A stretch of 64,000 nucleotides of DNA from Candidatus Eremiobacteria bacterium (GTDB taxonomy: Bacteria > Vulcanimicrobiota > Vulcanimicrobiia > Vulcanimicrobiales > Vulcanimicrobiaceae): NCBI GenBank assembly GCA_963737065.1, contig CAVTRC010000001.1:160001-224000 (forward strand). The letters run 5' to 3'. The position numbers were made by a program, and so were the translations under genes. Position 1 is the first letter of the stretch. Every line of letters starts with the position of its first letter. This document shows positions 1 to 11,718 of the stretch, piece by piece. The notes below the pieces were generated by a model, which saw only the letters and a program-made list of their open reading frames with translations, was not told the DNA's origin and did no database searches.

Positions 1-1202
1 GGCGCATCGGAATCGTCAACGCGTAAGTGCGCGATAATGGGAACGTCGCTGAAATTCGCGGCGCGCGGCAGACTATACGTGCCGACGTATATTCCCGGAC
101 TGCGCTCGGCCATCGAAACGTTCGTCACATACGGCCCGATGTCGAACGTCGCCGCGCCGCGCGGCGTGCCGTGCACCGTGACGGTGATGGAGTCGCCGGC
201 TTTCAACGGATGGTTCGCATCCAGATCGACGCTGGATATCGACGGCCCGGACGTCGTCGCTTGCGTCGCGGCAACGTTACGGCTGAGCAGGATTGAGCGC
301 ACTTCATTGGTCTCGATGTTATACCGCACGCTCGCCATGTCGCCGACTCGTACGTCCGACATTTGCGCTGGCTTGCCGTTGACCGAGACCTGCGTCGTGC
401 GCGACGGCGCGACGACGTGGCCGTCGGTCAAAACGAAGCGATCGGCGGTCGCTGCAGCCACCGCGCCGTAGTACGAACCGAACGCGTCCTCTACGCGCAT
501 CACGTGGCCGTTCTTATCGATGTAGAGCCGTGCGAAGTCGCCGGGACGCACGTCGCCGAGCTCACCCGGACCCGTGACGTTCGCGTTCACGTCGTGCATT
601 TCCACGACCGCATTGCGCGTGATCGGAATCGTTTTCACGGTCGCATTCGACGCGAGCGTAACGGTCGGCGGATCGGAGTTGACGTCGATCGCGGAGACCG
701 TACCGAAGCGTTCGGTCTGATTGCCGTGCTGCACCACACCGGCATTGCTGCGCCCAACGAGTTCGGCATCGATTGAAACCGTGCTGGTGCGGCGATCGTA
801 CGTCGCTTGCGCGCCGAGCACATCCGTGAAGAAGCGCAACGGCGCATAGAGGACGTATTTGATCTCTACCGGCGCGGCGTCGAGTACTAAGGTCGACGTC
901 CCGTTATGCGCGAGCGTGCTGCCCAGCGTCAGCGAGACGACGTTTGCACCGACTTCCGTCCAAATCAATTTTCCGGAACGATTGAACTGCAGTCCGAGCG
1001 CCTCGATCGTGCGGCGTACCGGGACGAATAGGCGCCCGTTGATAAACTTGGGCGGTGGCTCGAGAGGCAGGCGCGCATTGTTGATGACGATCGAAATGCC
1101 CGGCGGCGGCGTCGGTGTGGCCTTCGGCATCGGTTTTGCCGGCGGCGCCGCGCCGGTGAGCGCGATCGCTAAAACGAGCGCAAGGGCGCGGGTCGCCTTC
1201 AC
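1..1202 (-). CDS. Secreted copper amine oxidase N-terminal (stalk) domain protein, 3' end outside window
   Basis: Translated by hand because it is absent from the ORF track: MKATRALALVLAIALTGAAPP..ISIVINNARLPLEPPPKFINGRLFVPVRRTIEALG..VLYAPLRFFTDVLGAQATYD. It has a signal peptide and the stalk-domain VPxR/APLRF motifs. The GTG start overlaps the upstream TGA. Confidence 0.8.
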   Translation of the reverse strand, partial: MKATRALALVLAIALTGAAPPAKPMPKATPTPPPGISIVINNARLPLEPPPKFINGRLFVPVRRTIEALGLQFNRSGKLIWTEVGANVVSLTLGSTLAHNGTSTLVLDAAPVEIKYVLYAPLRFFTDVLGAQATYDRRTSTVSIDAELVGRSNAGVVQHGNQTERFGTVSAIDVNSDPPTVTLASNATVKTIPITRNAVVEMHDVNANVTGPGELGDVRPGDFARLYIDKNGHVMRVEDAFGSYYGAVAAATADRFVLTDGHVVAPSRTTQVSVNGKPAQMSDVRVGDMASVRYNIETNEVRSILLSRNVAATQATTSGPSISSVDLDANHPLKAGDSITVTVHGTPRGAATFDIGPYVTNVSMAERSPGIYVGTYSLPRAANFSDVPIIAHLRVDDSDA

Positions 1203-2220
1203 TTTCCCTCCAGCACTTCGGCGTACACGTCGGCAGTTGCACGCGCCGTACGATCCCACGTTAGCGTTCGCACTACGCTAGCCCCGCGTTCGACGAGATC
1301 GCGCCGGACGCTTTCATCCTCGAACACGCGGCGCATATGATGTGCAGCGGCTTCCGCGTCCCCGACGGCAAACTGCAGCGAGACGTTCGAAAGCGGCTCC
1401 GGAATGGACTCGTCGGTTGCAATAACCGGGCACCCGGATACGATCGCCTCCACGAACGGCAATCCAAAGCCCTCGAGCATCGCCGGATGCACGAGCGCGA
1501 TCGCGCCGGCATAATACGACGCGAGCGCGTCATCGGTGACATTGCCGAGCGCGATTGCCTTGCGCCGCGCGGTGGAGTACCGCTGTAACTCGCCGTTCAA
1601 ATCATCCGGGCCCGTCAAGTACAAATCAGCGTCGTACTGCGGCGGAAGCGAGGCCCAGGCGCGCAGGAGCGTCGGGATGTCTTTGTGCTTGCGATGGTTT
1701 CCGACGTTGAGAAAATAGGGCCGCTCGCCGCGAAATGGTTGTGCGCGATTGAAGAACCGCTCGCGCGGCGCGAGCGGCACGACGCGAACCTTTGCCGGAT
1801 CGACGTTGAAGTAGTGAACGAGGTCGGCGACCGTTCGACGATCGGACGTAATGATGCGCGCGGCTTTGCGGCACGCGCGCTTCACGACACTGTTGTAGTA
1901 CGGGCCGATGTAGCTCCGAAAGAACTGCACGAAGCGTAAATGAATCAAATCGTGAATCGTGAAGACGAAGCGGCCGTCCGCAAGCGCCGGCACATAGTGC
2001 GCCATGAAGTGCGCGAGCTCGATACGATCTCGCCACATTTCGAGCGGCAATACCACCTGCTCGGCAATGCCGAGGTTCTCGCCCTTCGTATACCTGATGT
2101 ACTCGAACTCGGGCGCCACGCGCGGCAACCGGGAAGCAACCTCGCGAATATAGGTCGCCATTCCAACCGAAACGCGCCGCCCGCAGCGCACATCAAGACC
2201 GACCTTACGGCGCAGCTGCG

Positions 2221-2224
<4 letters not shown>
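1199..2224 (-). CDS. Glycosyltransferase family 4 (group 1)
   Basis: Motifs TIHDL, HKDIPTL and EGFGLPFVEA. Start moved to the ATG overlapping the upstream stop (ATGA). Confidence 0.9.
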
Positions 2225-4646
<2,422 letters not shown>

Positions 4647-5483
4647 TTATGCCCGGTTTCGTACCTTGACGTACCGCCCTCGGTGGCCGTAATCCTTACC
4701 GATCGTGACCTCGGCTTGCGGGAAAGCCGCACGGGCGAGGGTTGCGAGCTCGGCGATGACCGGCGGTGCCGCTTCCATTAATAGAAGGCCGTCCGACGCC
4801 AGCAGCAGGGGCGCGTGCTGGAGAAGGCCGCGGTATCGCTCGAGCCCGTCGGGTCCGCCATCGAGCGCGATACGCGGTTCGAAGCTCACGGGGTCCGGCG
4901 CCGGCGCAATATCGTCCGTTGGAACGTAGGGCAAGTTCGCGACGATCACGTCGTAGAACGGACGCAAGGCCGGCGTCGATGCGTCACCGAGGAAAACCGC
5001 GAGCCGTTCTTCGATACCGAGGCGGCCTGCATTCGCCGTCGCGACGGCGAGCGCATCGGCTGAGACGTCGACCGCATCTACGCGCACGTTGTTCCCCGCC
5101 GCCGCGAGAATCGAGCACGCGATCGCGCCGCTGCCGGTTCCTACGTCGAGCACTCGCGAACGCGCTTTCCCTCCGATGAATTCCAGCGCTTCATCGACAA
5201 GATGCTCGGTTTCCGGACGGGGCACCAGCACGCGATCGTTGACGACGAACGAATGACCGTGAAATCCAACGCTGCCAAGAATATACGCTAACGGTTCGCC
5301 GCAAGCGCGCCGCGCGGCGTATTCGCGCGCCTGTCGGCGCATCTTCGCGCTGACTTCAGCTTCACCGAACGCGCGAAGCCACGCTTCCGGCCGTCGCATG
5401 AGATGCGAAAGAATCCGCTCGACATCCAAGGCGTCAACGCCCGTCTCCGACACGAGCAATCCGCGCAATTCTTCGACGGTCAC
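4647..5483 (-). CDS. prmC: Release factor glutamine methyltransferase
   Basis: Motifs GEPLAYI, VLVPRPETE, DVGTGSG and ANLPY; lies directly downstream of prfA. Confidence 0.96.
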   Translation of the reverse strand: MTVEELRGLLVSETGVDALDVERILSHLMRRPEAWLRAFGEAEVSAKMRRQAREYAARRACGEPLAYILGSVGFHGHSFVVNDRVLVPRPETEHLVDEALEFIGGKARSRVLDVGTGSGAIACSILAAAGNNVRVDAVDVSADALAVATANAGRLGIEERLAVFLGDASTPALRPFYDVIVANLPYVPTDDIAPAPDPVSFEPRIALDGGPDGLERYRGLLQHAPLLLASDGLLLMEAAPPVIAELATLARAAFPQAEVTIGKDYGHRGRYVKVRNRA

Positions 5484-5497
5484 CGGTACATTCGAAC

Positions 5498-6625
5498 CTA
5501 TACGGGTTGCGCTTCACCGGCCAAGAGTCGCGCTTGTTCGTCTTTCAACAAATCTCCGACGATCGAATCGATCGCGCCATCCATGATGCCCCGGATGTTG
5601 CCGTAGTTTTCGTTGATGCGGTGATCGGTGACGCGGTCTTGCGGGAAATTATACGTACGAATCTTCTCCGAACGATCGCCCGTGCCCACTTGGCTTCGGC
5701 GCAGCGATCCCATCGCTTCATCTTTTTCGCGTTGTTGCCGCTCGTAGAGCATCGCACGCAGCATCTGCATTGCCTTCTCGCGGTTCTGCGTTTGCGAACG
5801 CTCTTGTTGCGAGGCGACGATGATGCCCGATGGAACGTGCGTAATACGAATCGCTGATTCCGTCTTGTTGACGTACTGGCCGCCGGCGCCGGACGCTTTA
5901 TACGTATCGATCTGCAAATCCGAGGCCTTGATGTCGATGTCGACGTCTTCGTCGACTTCCGGCAACACCGCGACCGTCGCAGTCGATGTGTGGACTCGCC
6001 CTTGCGCCTCGGTTGCGGGAACGCGCTGCACGCGATGAACGCCCGATTCGTGCTTGAAATAGCGGTACGGCGATTCACCGCGCACGCCGAAGACGATCTC
6101 CTTGTAGCCGCCGGCGTCGCTCTCGTTTTCGGAGACGAGTTCGACTCGCATGCCGTGCGATTCGGCATATCGCATGTACATGCGCGCGAGATCGCCAGCA
6201 AAGATTGCAGCCTCGTCGCCGCCCGCACCCGCGCGAATTTCGACGAAGACGTCTTTGTTGTCGTTGGGATCCTTGGGAATCATCAACACGTGCAGTTGGT
6301 CTTCGAGCTCGTCACGGCGCGCGCGCAGTTCCTCTGCCTCTTCTTCGGCGAGTTCGCGCAGCTCGAGGTCGTCGCTCGTCTCGCGCAGCAGCGCTTCGTT
6401 CGCGCGCAAGCCGTCGAGCGTTGTACGATAGCGGCGATACGCGTTAACCGTCTCTTCCAACTGCGCGCGCTCCTTCACGAGCGCGGTGTACCGTGCCTGA
6501 TCGAAAACTTGTCCTGAGCCCGTCGAAGGGCCGCCGGCGGGGTTAGCCAAACTTGCTTCGATTTCATCGAAGCGTCGAACGGTGGAATCGAGTCGTGCGA
6601 GCACACTTCGTGTTAATTCAGCCAT
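5498..6625 (-). CDS. prfA: Peptide chain release factor 1, with an in-frame repeat insertion near the N-terminus
   Basis: GGQ motif, PAT (PxT) stop-recognition motif, and ESGVHRVQRVP; lies next to prmC. Confidence 0.98.
   Translation of the reverse strand: MAELTRSVLARLDSTVRRFDEIEASLANPAGGPSTGSGQVFDQARYTALVKERAQLEETVNAYRRYRTTLDGLRANEALLRETSDDLELRELAEEEAEELRARRDELEDQLHVLMIPKDPNDNKDVFVEIRAGAGGDEAAIFAGDLARMYMRYAESHGMRVELVSENESDAGGYKEIVFGVRGESPYRYFKHESGVHRVQRVPATEAQGRVHTSTATVAVLPEVDEDVDIDIKASDLQIDTYKASGAGGQYVNKTESAIRITHVPSGIIVASQQERSQTQNREKAMQMLRAMLYERQQREKDEAMGSLRRSQVGTGDRSEKIRTYNFPQDRVTDHRINENYGNIRGIMDGAIDSIVGDLLKDEQARLLAGEAQPV
6508..6530. repeat. 23-bp dispersed REP-like element, copy 1 (inside prfA)
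   Basis: CTTGTCCTGAGCCCGTCGAAGGG; similar copies at 23439, 40825 and 44338. Confidence 0.85.
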
Positions 6626-6648
6626 ATGCGTTTCACCGGGTTAAGAGC

Positions 6649-6681
6649 AAAGAAAAGACGAGCCGCAAGCACGGCTCGTCT
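6649..6681 (-). terminator. Intrinsic terminator after rpmE
   Basis: Minus strand reads AGACGAGCCGT-GCTT-GCGGCTCGTCT followed by TTTCTTT. Confidence 0.75.
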
Positions 6682-6700
6682 CAAAGATATCTCCGGGCAG

Positions 6701-6973
6701 CTACGCTTCCGTTGCGGCCTTCTTCGCCTCTTTGGCGGCCTTGCGCGACGCAGCTTCCTGTTGCTTCTTCTCGGCCGCCGCGGCACGTTGGTTGAACTTG
6801 TCAACGCGTCCCGCGGTGTCGACGAGCTTCTGCTGGCCCGTGAAGAGCGGATGGCACGCGGAGCAAATTTCGACCGCGATCTCTTTCATCGTCGAGCCGG
6901 TCGTGAACGTATTGCCGCAGGCACAGTGAACGCGCGCCTCGGGGTACCAGTTTGGGTGAGTCTTCTCTTTCAC
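6701..6973 (-). CDS. rpmE: 50S ribosomal protein L31 (Zn-binding type)
   Basis: Motifs [21 protein letters not shown] and GRVDKF. Confidence 0.97.
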   Translation of the reverse strand: MKEKTHPNWYPEARVHCACGNTFTTGSTMKEIAVEICSACHPLFTGQQKLVDTAGRVDKFNQRAAAAEKKQQEAASRKAAKEAKKAATEA

Positions 6974-6982
6974 AGCCCCATG

Positions 6983-6991
6983 ATTATAGCA
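6983..6991 (-). promoter_or_regulatory. Extended -10 promoter for rpmE
   Basis: TGcTATAAT lies 9 nt upstream of the GTG start, and there is no Shine-Dalgarno sequence. Confidence 0.6.
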
Positions 6992-7073
6992 GGGGTGTCA
7001 AAGCGACTTCGGTAGACGAGACGGCGCGACTCCGGCAAGCGTTATTAAGGTAAGCCAACCTCGGGAGGGATGA

Positions 7074-7577
7074 ATGAAGAGACTGTTCCTCGCCGGACTC
7101 GTCATCGGAGCGGGAGTGAGCGCTGCGATCGTCGCTTTCGGGGCGGCGCAGCCGGACGGCGCGATCATTCGCAACTCGGGATCGACGAACACGGCGGCGT
7201 ACAACATCAAGATCTGGTCCGACGGACGCGGCGAGATCGTCATGGGCCGCATGGGGGGCGCCGGTAAAAGCTTCACGGTCGACTCGTCGCTCGCGAAGAG
7301 CTTCTTCGACAACCTGAAAGCCGCGCGCGACGATCCCGGCACGCCGGGCCGGTGCATGAAGAGCGCGTCGTTCGGTACAGCTACGACCGTGCAGTGGCAC
7401 GGCTGGAACTCGTTCGACCTGCAATGCCCACCGTGGTCACAGCCGGTTCGAGCGCTGGCTTCCGACGTACGAGCAATTCAGGCCGCTGCGAATATCGACA
7501 CAGGTCTCCATCGCATTCCATTGCCGCGCGAGCCTCGGATGATTCCGTCAACCGCTCCCGAAATTTCGCCAACGTGA
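7074..7577 (+). CDS. Secreted hypothetical protein
   Basis: GGAGGG RBS, signal peptide MKRLFLAGLVIG, and two Cys residues. Confidence 0.75.
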   Translation: MKRLFLAGLVIGAGVSAAIVAFGAAQPDGAIIRNSGSTNTAAYNIKIWSDGRGEIVMGRMGGAGKSFTVDSSLAKSFFDNLKAARDDPGTPGRCMKSASFGTATTVQWHGWNSFDLQCPPWSQPVRALASDVRAIQAAANIDTGLHRIPLPREPRMIPSTAPEISPT

Positions 7578-8224
7578 AATATTCGGTTCTCGTTCTCACC
7601 GCGGCGCTTGCGCTTCTCGCCGTTGCGCCGCCGCCTCCGCCGCCACCGCCCGTTCCCGGATCGACAAACACGACGAATACGGTCACGCCGGGAACAGCCG
7701 CCTCAACGCCGCCGCCAAGCGCGCAATCGCCCGCGACTGCGCCGACGGACGATCCGAACGGTTCACTCAATAATCTTTTCGGACCGCCGAAACCCGCTAC
7801 GAGCGCGTCACCCGGTCCGAACGAAAGCGCAACACCATCGCCGCCACCCGACGATCGCAAAGGGCTCGACGGCGTGTGGGAATTGCAAATTCAGCGCGGC
7901 GCGAACACCGAATACGAACATTTCAATTTGAAGCAAACGGGATCGGCGATCACCGGCACGTATCTCACCCAAGACAAGAAAAAGTTTCCGCTCGCGGGTT
8001 CGATGGATGGGCGCAACGTTCGCCTCGTTGTTTCGCTTGCGAACGGCTCTACGATCCTGCTGGAAGGCCGCGTCGACGGGACGACGGATATGCTCGGCAT
8101 GTTGACGGATTCACAAGAGCGCGTACCGTTCACCGCGGCATATCGGCCGAAAGAAAAGTGGAGTGACAACGTCAACGCTCAACCGGGCGGAATTGGGTCG
8201 CCAAACGGTTATCCTCCGCAGTAA
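7574..8224 (+). CDS. Secreted Pro/Thr-rich hypothetical protein
   Basis: GTG overlaps the upstream TGA. Signal peptide MKYSVLVLTAALALLA, a poly-Pro linker, then a beta-rich domain (GVWELQIQ..ITGTY). Confidence 0.75.
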   Translation: MKYSVLVLTAALALLAVAPPPPPPPPVPGSTNTTNTVTPGTAASTPPPSAQSPATAPTDDPNGSLNNLFGPPKPATSASPGPNESATPSPPPDDRKGLDGVWELQIQRGANTEYEHFNLKQTGSAITGTYLTQDKKKFPLAGSMDGRNVRLVVSLANGSTILLEGRVDGTTDMLGMLTDSQERVPFTAAYRPKEKWSDNVNAQPGGIGSPNGYPPQ

Positions 8225-8228
8225 CGTT

Positions 8229-8732
8229 CTACTTTGCTGCGAGTCGTCGCTCGACGTACGGAACGAGGCCACCCGAGTCAATTAATTCACGCATAAACGG
8301 CGGGAACTCGGCGGACTTGTACTCGGTTCCTTTCGTCGTGTTGCGAATGACGCCGCTCGCCGGTTCGACTTCGACGGCGTCGCCGTCTTCTATGCCATCG
8401 ACTGCCTCCGCCGATTCGAAGATCGGCAAGCCGATGTTCAGCGCGTTGCGGTAAAAGATCCGCGCGAAACTTTTCGCGATCACCGCCGACGTGCCGGAGC
8501 CCTTGATCGCGATCGGCGCGACTTCGCGGCTCGAGCCGCAGCCGAAATTCGTGCCGGCGACGATGATGTCGCCCGATTTCATTTTCGCCGTGTACTGCGG
8601 ATCGAGTCCCTCGAGTGCATGTTTGCCGAGTTCGACCGGATCGATGATGTTGCAGTACTTGCCGGGGATAATGACGTCGGTGTCGACGTTCTTTCCGTAC
8701 TTGTGTGCGGTTCCGTTCAGTTTGCTTTCCAT
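8229..8732 (-). CDS. leuD: 3-isopropylmalate dehydratase/homoaconitase family small subunit
   Basis: Motifs NVDTDVIIP, NFGCGSSRE and SFARIFYRN. Confidence 0.88.
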   Translation of the reverse strand: MESKLNGTAHKYGKNVDTDVIIPGKYCNIIDPVELGKHALEGLDPQYTAKMKSGDIIVAGTNFGCGSSREVAPIAIKGSGTSAVIAKSFARIFYRNALNIGLPIFESAEAVDGIEDGDAVEVEPASGVIRNTTKGTEYKSAEFPPFMRELIDSGGLVPYVERRLAAK

Positions 8733-10016
8733 CTATACTCCCGCCAGTTCTAAGACGCGGGGATCGGTGATTTTTCCGGTTAGTGCGGATACCGCGCACG
8801 TAGCGGGCGAGGCGAGATACACTTCGGACTTCGGCGAACCCATGCGGCCGACATAGTTACGATTCGTCGTCGAGATCGCACGTTCTCCATCGCCGAGCGT
8901 GCCCATATGTCCGCCGAAACAGGCGCCGCATCCGGGCGTATTCACGGCGCAACCCGCTCCCGCGAGCGTCGTAAGCACGCCTTCGGACGCCGCCTGCATC
9001 CAGACTTCTTGCGATCCGGGATTGACGATCACGCGAACGTTCGACGCGATCTTCTTTCCGTCGAGAATCTTCGCCACGATCCGCAGATCATCGATGTAGC
9101 CGTTCGTGCACGACCCGATGAAGACTTGATCCACTTCGATCTTGTCGCGCGCGACCTCGGAGATCGGATGCACGTTGTCCGGCGTGTGCGGGCAGGCGAC
9201 TTGCGGTTCGAGCTGGTCGACGTCGATTTCAATCGTACGCTCGTAGTTCGCGTCCGCGTCTGCGCGCTCGACGATGAACGGACGATCCGTACGCTCCTTC
9301 ACGAATGCAACGGCTTTTTCGTCGGCGTGGAAGATGCCGTTCTTCGCGCCGGCTTCGATTGCCATGTTCGCCATCGTGAAGCGGCCGGTAACCGAAAGAT
9401 TGTCGACCGTCGTGCCGTGATATTCGATCGCGCGATAGGTCGCGCCGTCGATCCCCAGTTCGCCGACCGTTCGCAACATGAGATCTTTCGCGTACACCAT
9501 GCGGCCGAGCTCGCCGTTGTAGACGATCTTGATCGTCCCCGGGACTTTCAACCACACTTCGCCGAGGACGAACGCTGCCGCGATATCCGTCGATCCCATG
9601 CCGGTCGCAAACGCGCCGAGCGCGCCGTACGTACAGGTGTGCGAATCGCCGCCGACGATAACCTCACCGGGTGCGACGAGTCCTTGTTGCGGCAAAACGA
9701 CGTGCTCGATCCCGCCGCGCCCGACATCGAAGAAATGCGTGATCTTCTGCTCGGCGGCGAAGTCTTTCATCAGCTTTGCGAGCTTTGCGGATTGCGCGTC
9801 TTTCGCCGGAACGAAATGATCCTCGACGAGCGCAATCTTGTCGCGATCGAAGACGGTCGAAGCGCCTTTCATGTTCCGCATAACGCCGATTGCAACGGCG
9901 GCGGAAAGTTCGTTTGCGAGCACCAAGTCGACGTTCGCGTTGATAATTTGGCCGGGCTCAATGCGATCGAGACCGGCGTGGCGGGCGAGTATTTTTTCGG
10001 TGAGTGTCATCCCCAT
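8733..10016 (-). CDS. leuC: 3-isopropylmalate dehydratase/homoaconitase family large subunit (short LeuC2/HacA type)
   Basis: Motifs DSHTCTYGA, IGSCTNG, PGCGACFG and STTNRNYVGRMG. Confidence 0.88.
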   Translation of the reverse strand: MGMTLTEKILARHAGLDRIEPGQIINANVDLVLANELSAAVAIGVMRNMKGASTVFDRDKIALVEDHFVPAKDAQSAKLAKLMKDFAAEQKITHFFDVGRGGIEHVVLPQQGLVAPGEVIVGGDSHTCTYGALGAFATGMGSTDIAAAFVLGEVWLKVPGTIKIVYNGELGRMVYAKDLMLRTVGELGIDGATYRAIEYHGTTVDNLSVTGRFTMANMAIEAGAKNGIFHADEKAVAFVKERTDRPFIVERADADANYERTIEIDVDQLEPQVACPHTPDNVHPISEVARDKIEVDQVFIGSCTNGYIDDLRIVAKILDGKKIASNVRVIVNPGSQEVWMQAASEGVLTTLAGAGCAVNTPGCGACFGGHMGTLGDGERAISTTNRNYVGRMGSPKSEVYLASPATCAVSALTGKITDPRVLELAGV

Positions 10017-10057
10017 AGGCAAGCGGTTCTTGGCGCATCGTGCAGAATCCCGGGCTC

Positions 10058-10480
10058 ATGATTCTCAGCTCGGCCGCCGAGCGCAAGGCACTTCTGGAGC
10101 GCAGTTCAACAGTTGCCGTAGTCGGTGCGTCCGCAAAACCGGACCGCCCGAGCCACGGCGTGTTTGCATACCTTCGCGCGCATGGCTACGATGTGACGCC
10201 TATCGCGCCGAAACTTGACGAGCTTCACGGGGTCAAGGCATACCCGAATCTCACCGCGTACGCCGCGGAGCGCGGTGCGCCGGACGTGGTTGACGTCTTT
10301 CGTAAACCCTCGGAGGTACTTCCGATCGTCGACGAAGCGGTCGCGGTCGGCGCCAAAGCGATTTGGTTTCAGCTCGGCGTGATCAACGAGGAAGCAATCA
10401 ACCGCGCAGATAGGGCCGGTTTAGCGGTCGTTGTCGACAAGTGTATGAAGGTGGAGCACCGTGATCGCGTATCCGGATGA
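10058..10480 (+). CDS. CoA-binding protein (YccU-like)
   Basis: Motifs VAVVGAS.KPDRPS, DVVDVFR, WFQLGV and DKCMKVEH. Confidence 0.9.
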   Translation: MILSSAAERKALLERSSTVAVVGASAKPDRPSHGVFAYLRAHGYDVTPIAPKLDELHGVKAYPNLTAYAAERGAPDVVDVFRKPSEVLPIVDEAVAVGAKAIWFQLGVINEEAINRADRAGLAVVVDKCMKVEHRDRVSG

Positions 10481-11612
10481 ATCGCGGCGGCTCGATGAAA
10501 CGTTGTTACGGTACATCGAGCGCTGGCGCAGCACGGGAGAAGCGATGACGGACGGCGAGTTCAACGATCTCGCCCTCACGATCTTTGCGTACCAGCTTCA
10601 GTACAATACGCCCTACGCGCAGTATTGCGCTTCGTTGGATGTTACGCGCGAAAACTTCCCGTCGCAATGGGAAGAAATTCCGTCGCTGCCGAGCGCCGCG
10701 TTCAAAGAAACGCGACTCGCGACATTCGATCCGCTCACCGCGGCAGCCGTCTTCGAAACAAGCGGTACGACGCGCGGCGAAGGCGGCCGGCATTATATGG
10801 AGACGACCGCAATCTACGACGCATCGTTGTTAGCAACGTTCAGCGCGTTCATGCTGTCGGATCATGCGTCGCTGCGATACCTCAACCTCGTGCCGAACCC
10901 CGCCGAGAATCCGCACTCGTCGCTCGGTTACATGATGGCGAAGGTGTCGCAGCAATTCGGTGACGGACGAACGGGCTGGTTCATCAGCAACGGCGTGCTG
11001 GACGTCGAATCACTCATCGCGGAACTGCAGACGGCCGCCGAGCGCGATCGTCCTGTGTGCATCGCAACGACGTCCTTCGCGCTCGTACATCTGCTCGACG
11101 CGCTGGAACAACGGGCGCGCTACTTCGCGCTGCCCGCCGGCTCGCGTATCATGGAAACCGGCGGCTTCAAGGGACGCTCGCGCTACGTCGATCGTTTCGA
11201 ACTGTACCGAACGACCGCGGAACGGTTGGGCACGAGGCTTGAAACGATCGTTTCGGAATACGGTATGACCGAACTCAGTTCGCAATACTACGACGACGTC
11301 TTGGTGCGGCGCGCGGGTGCGCATGGGACGGAACCCCGATATAAGACGCCTCCGCCCTGGATGCGCGCCCGCGTTGTCGGCGCGGATGGAAAGACCTTAC
11401 CGCATGGGACGGCCGGCGCGCTGGTTCACGTCGATCTCGCGAACCGTTCGTCGTGTATCGCAATCCAAACCGAAGATGTCGGTGTCGAATTCGCGCCGTC
11501 GATCTACGGGCAACGCATCGTCCTGATGGGACGCGACGCCGGCGCCTCGTTGCGCGGCTGTTCGCTCACCGCCGAGGATCTCGCCGTGCCCGATCACCGC
11601 ATCCTGCGATGA
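10461..11612 (+). CDS. LuxE/PaaK-like acyl-protein synthetase
   Basis: Motifs FETSGTT, METGGFKGR, SEYGMTELSSQYY, DLAN, IQTEDVG and LRGCS. Confidence 0.85.
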   Translation: MIAYPDESRRLDETLLRYIERWRSTGEAMTDGEFNDLALTIFAYQLQYNTPYAQYCASLDVTRENFPSQWEEIPSLPSAAFKETRLATFDPLTAAAVFETSGTTRGEGGRHYMETTAIYDASLLATFSAFMLSDHASLRYLNLVPNPAENPHSSLGYMMAKVSQQFGDGRTGWFISNGVLDVESLIAELQTAAERDRPVCIATTSFALVHLLDALEQRARYFALPAGSRIMETGGFKGRSRYVDRFELYRTTAERLGTRLETIVSEYGMTELSSQYYDDVLVRRAGAHGTEPRYKTPPPWMRARVVGADGKTLPHGTAGALVHVDLANRSSCIAIQTEDVGVEFAPSIYGQRIVLMGRDAGASLRGCSLTAEDLAVPDHRILR

Positions 11613-11718
11613 TGGGGCACCAATACACCTCCTGTGCGGTGCCTGATCACCGCATCCTGCGATGATGGGGCACGAATACACCTCCTGTGCGGTGCCCGAT
11701 CACCGCATCCTGCGATGA
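11586..11718. repeat. 2.5 tandem copies of a 53-bp palindromic unit
   Basis: GTGCCCGATCACCGCATCCTGCGATGATGGGGCACCAATACACCTCCTGTGCG at 11586, a copy with 2 mismatches at 11639, and a partial copy at 11692. Confidence 0.95.

Noticed and set aside
11586..11718. CRISPR array
   Set aside because: The sequences between the palindromes are near-identical rather than unique spacers, and no cas genes are present. It is a tandem repeat.
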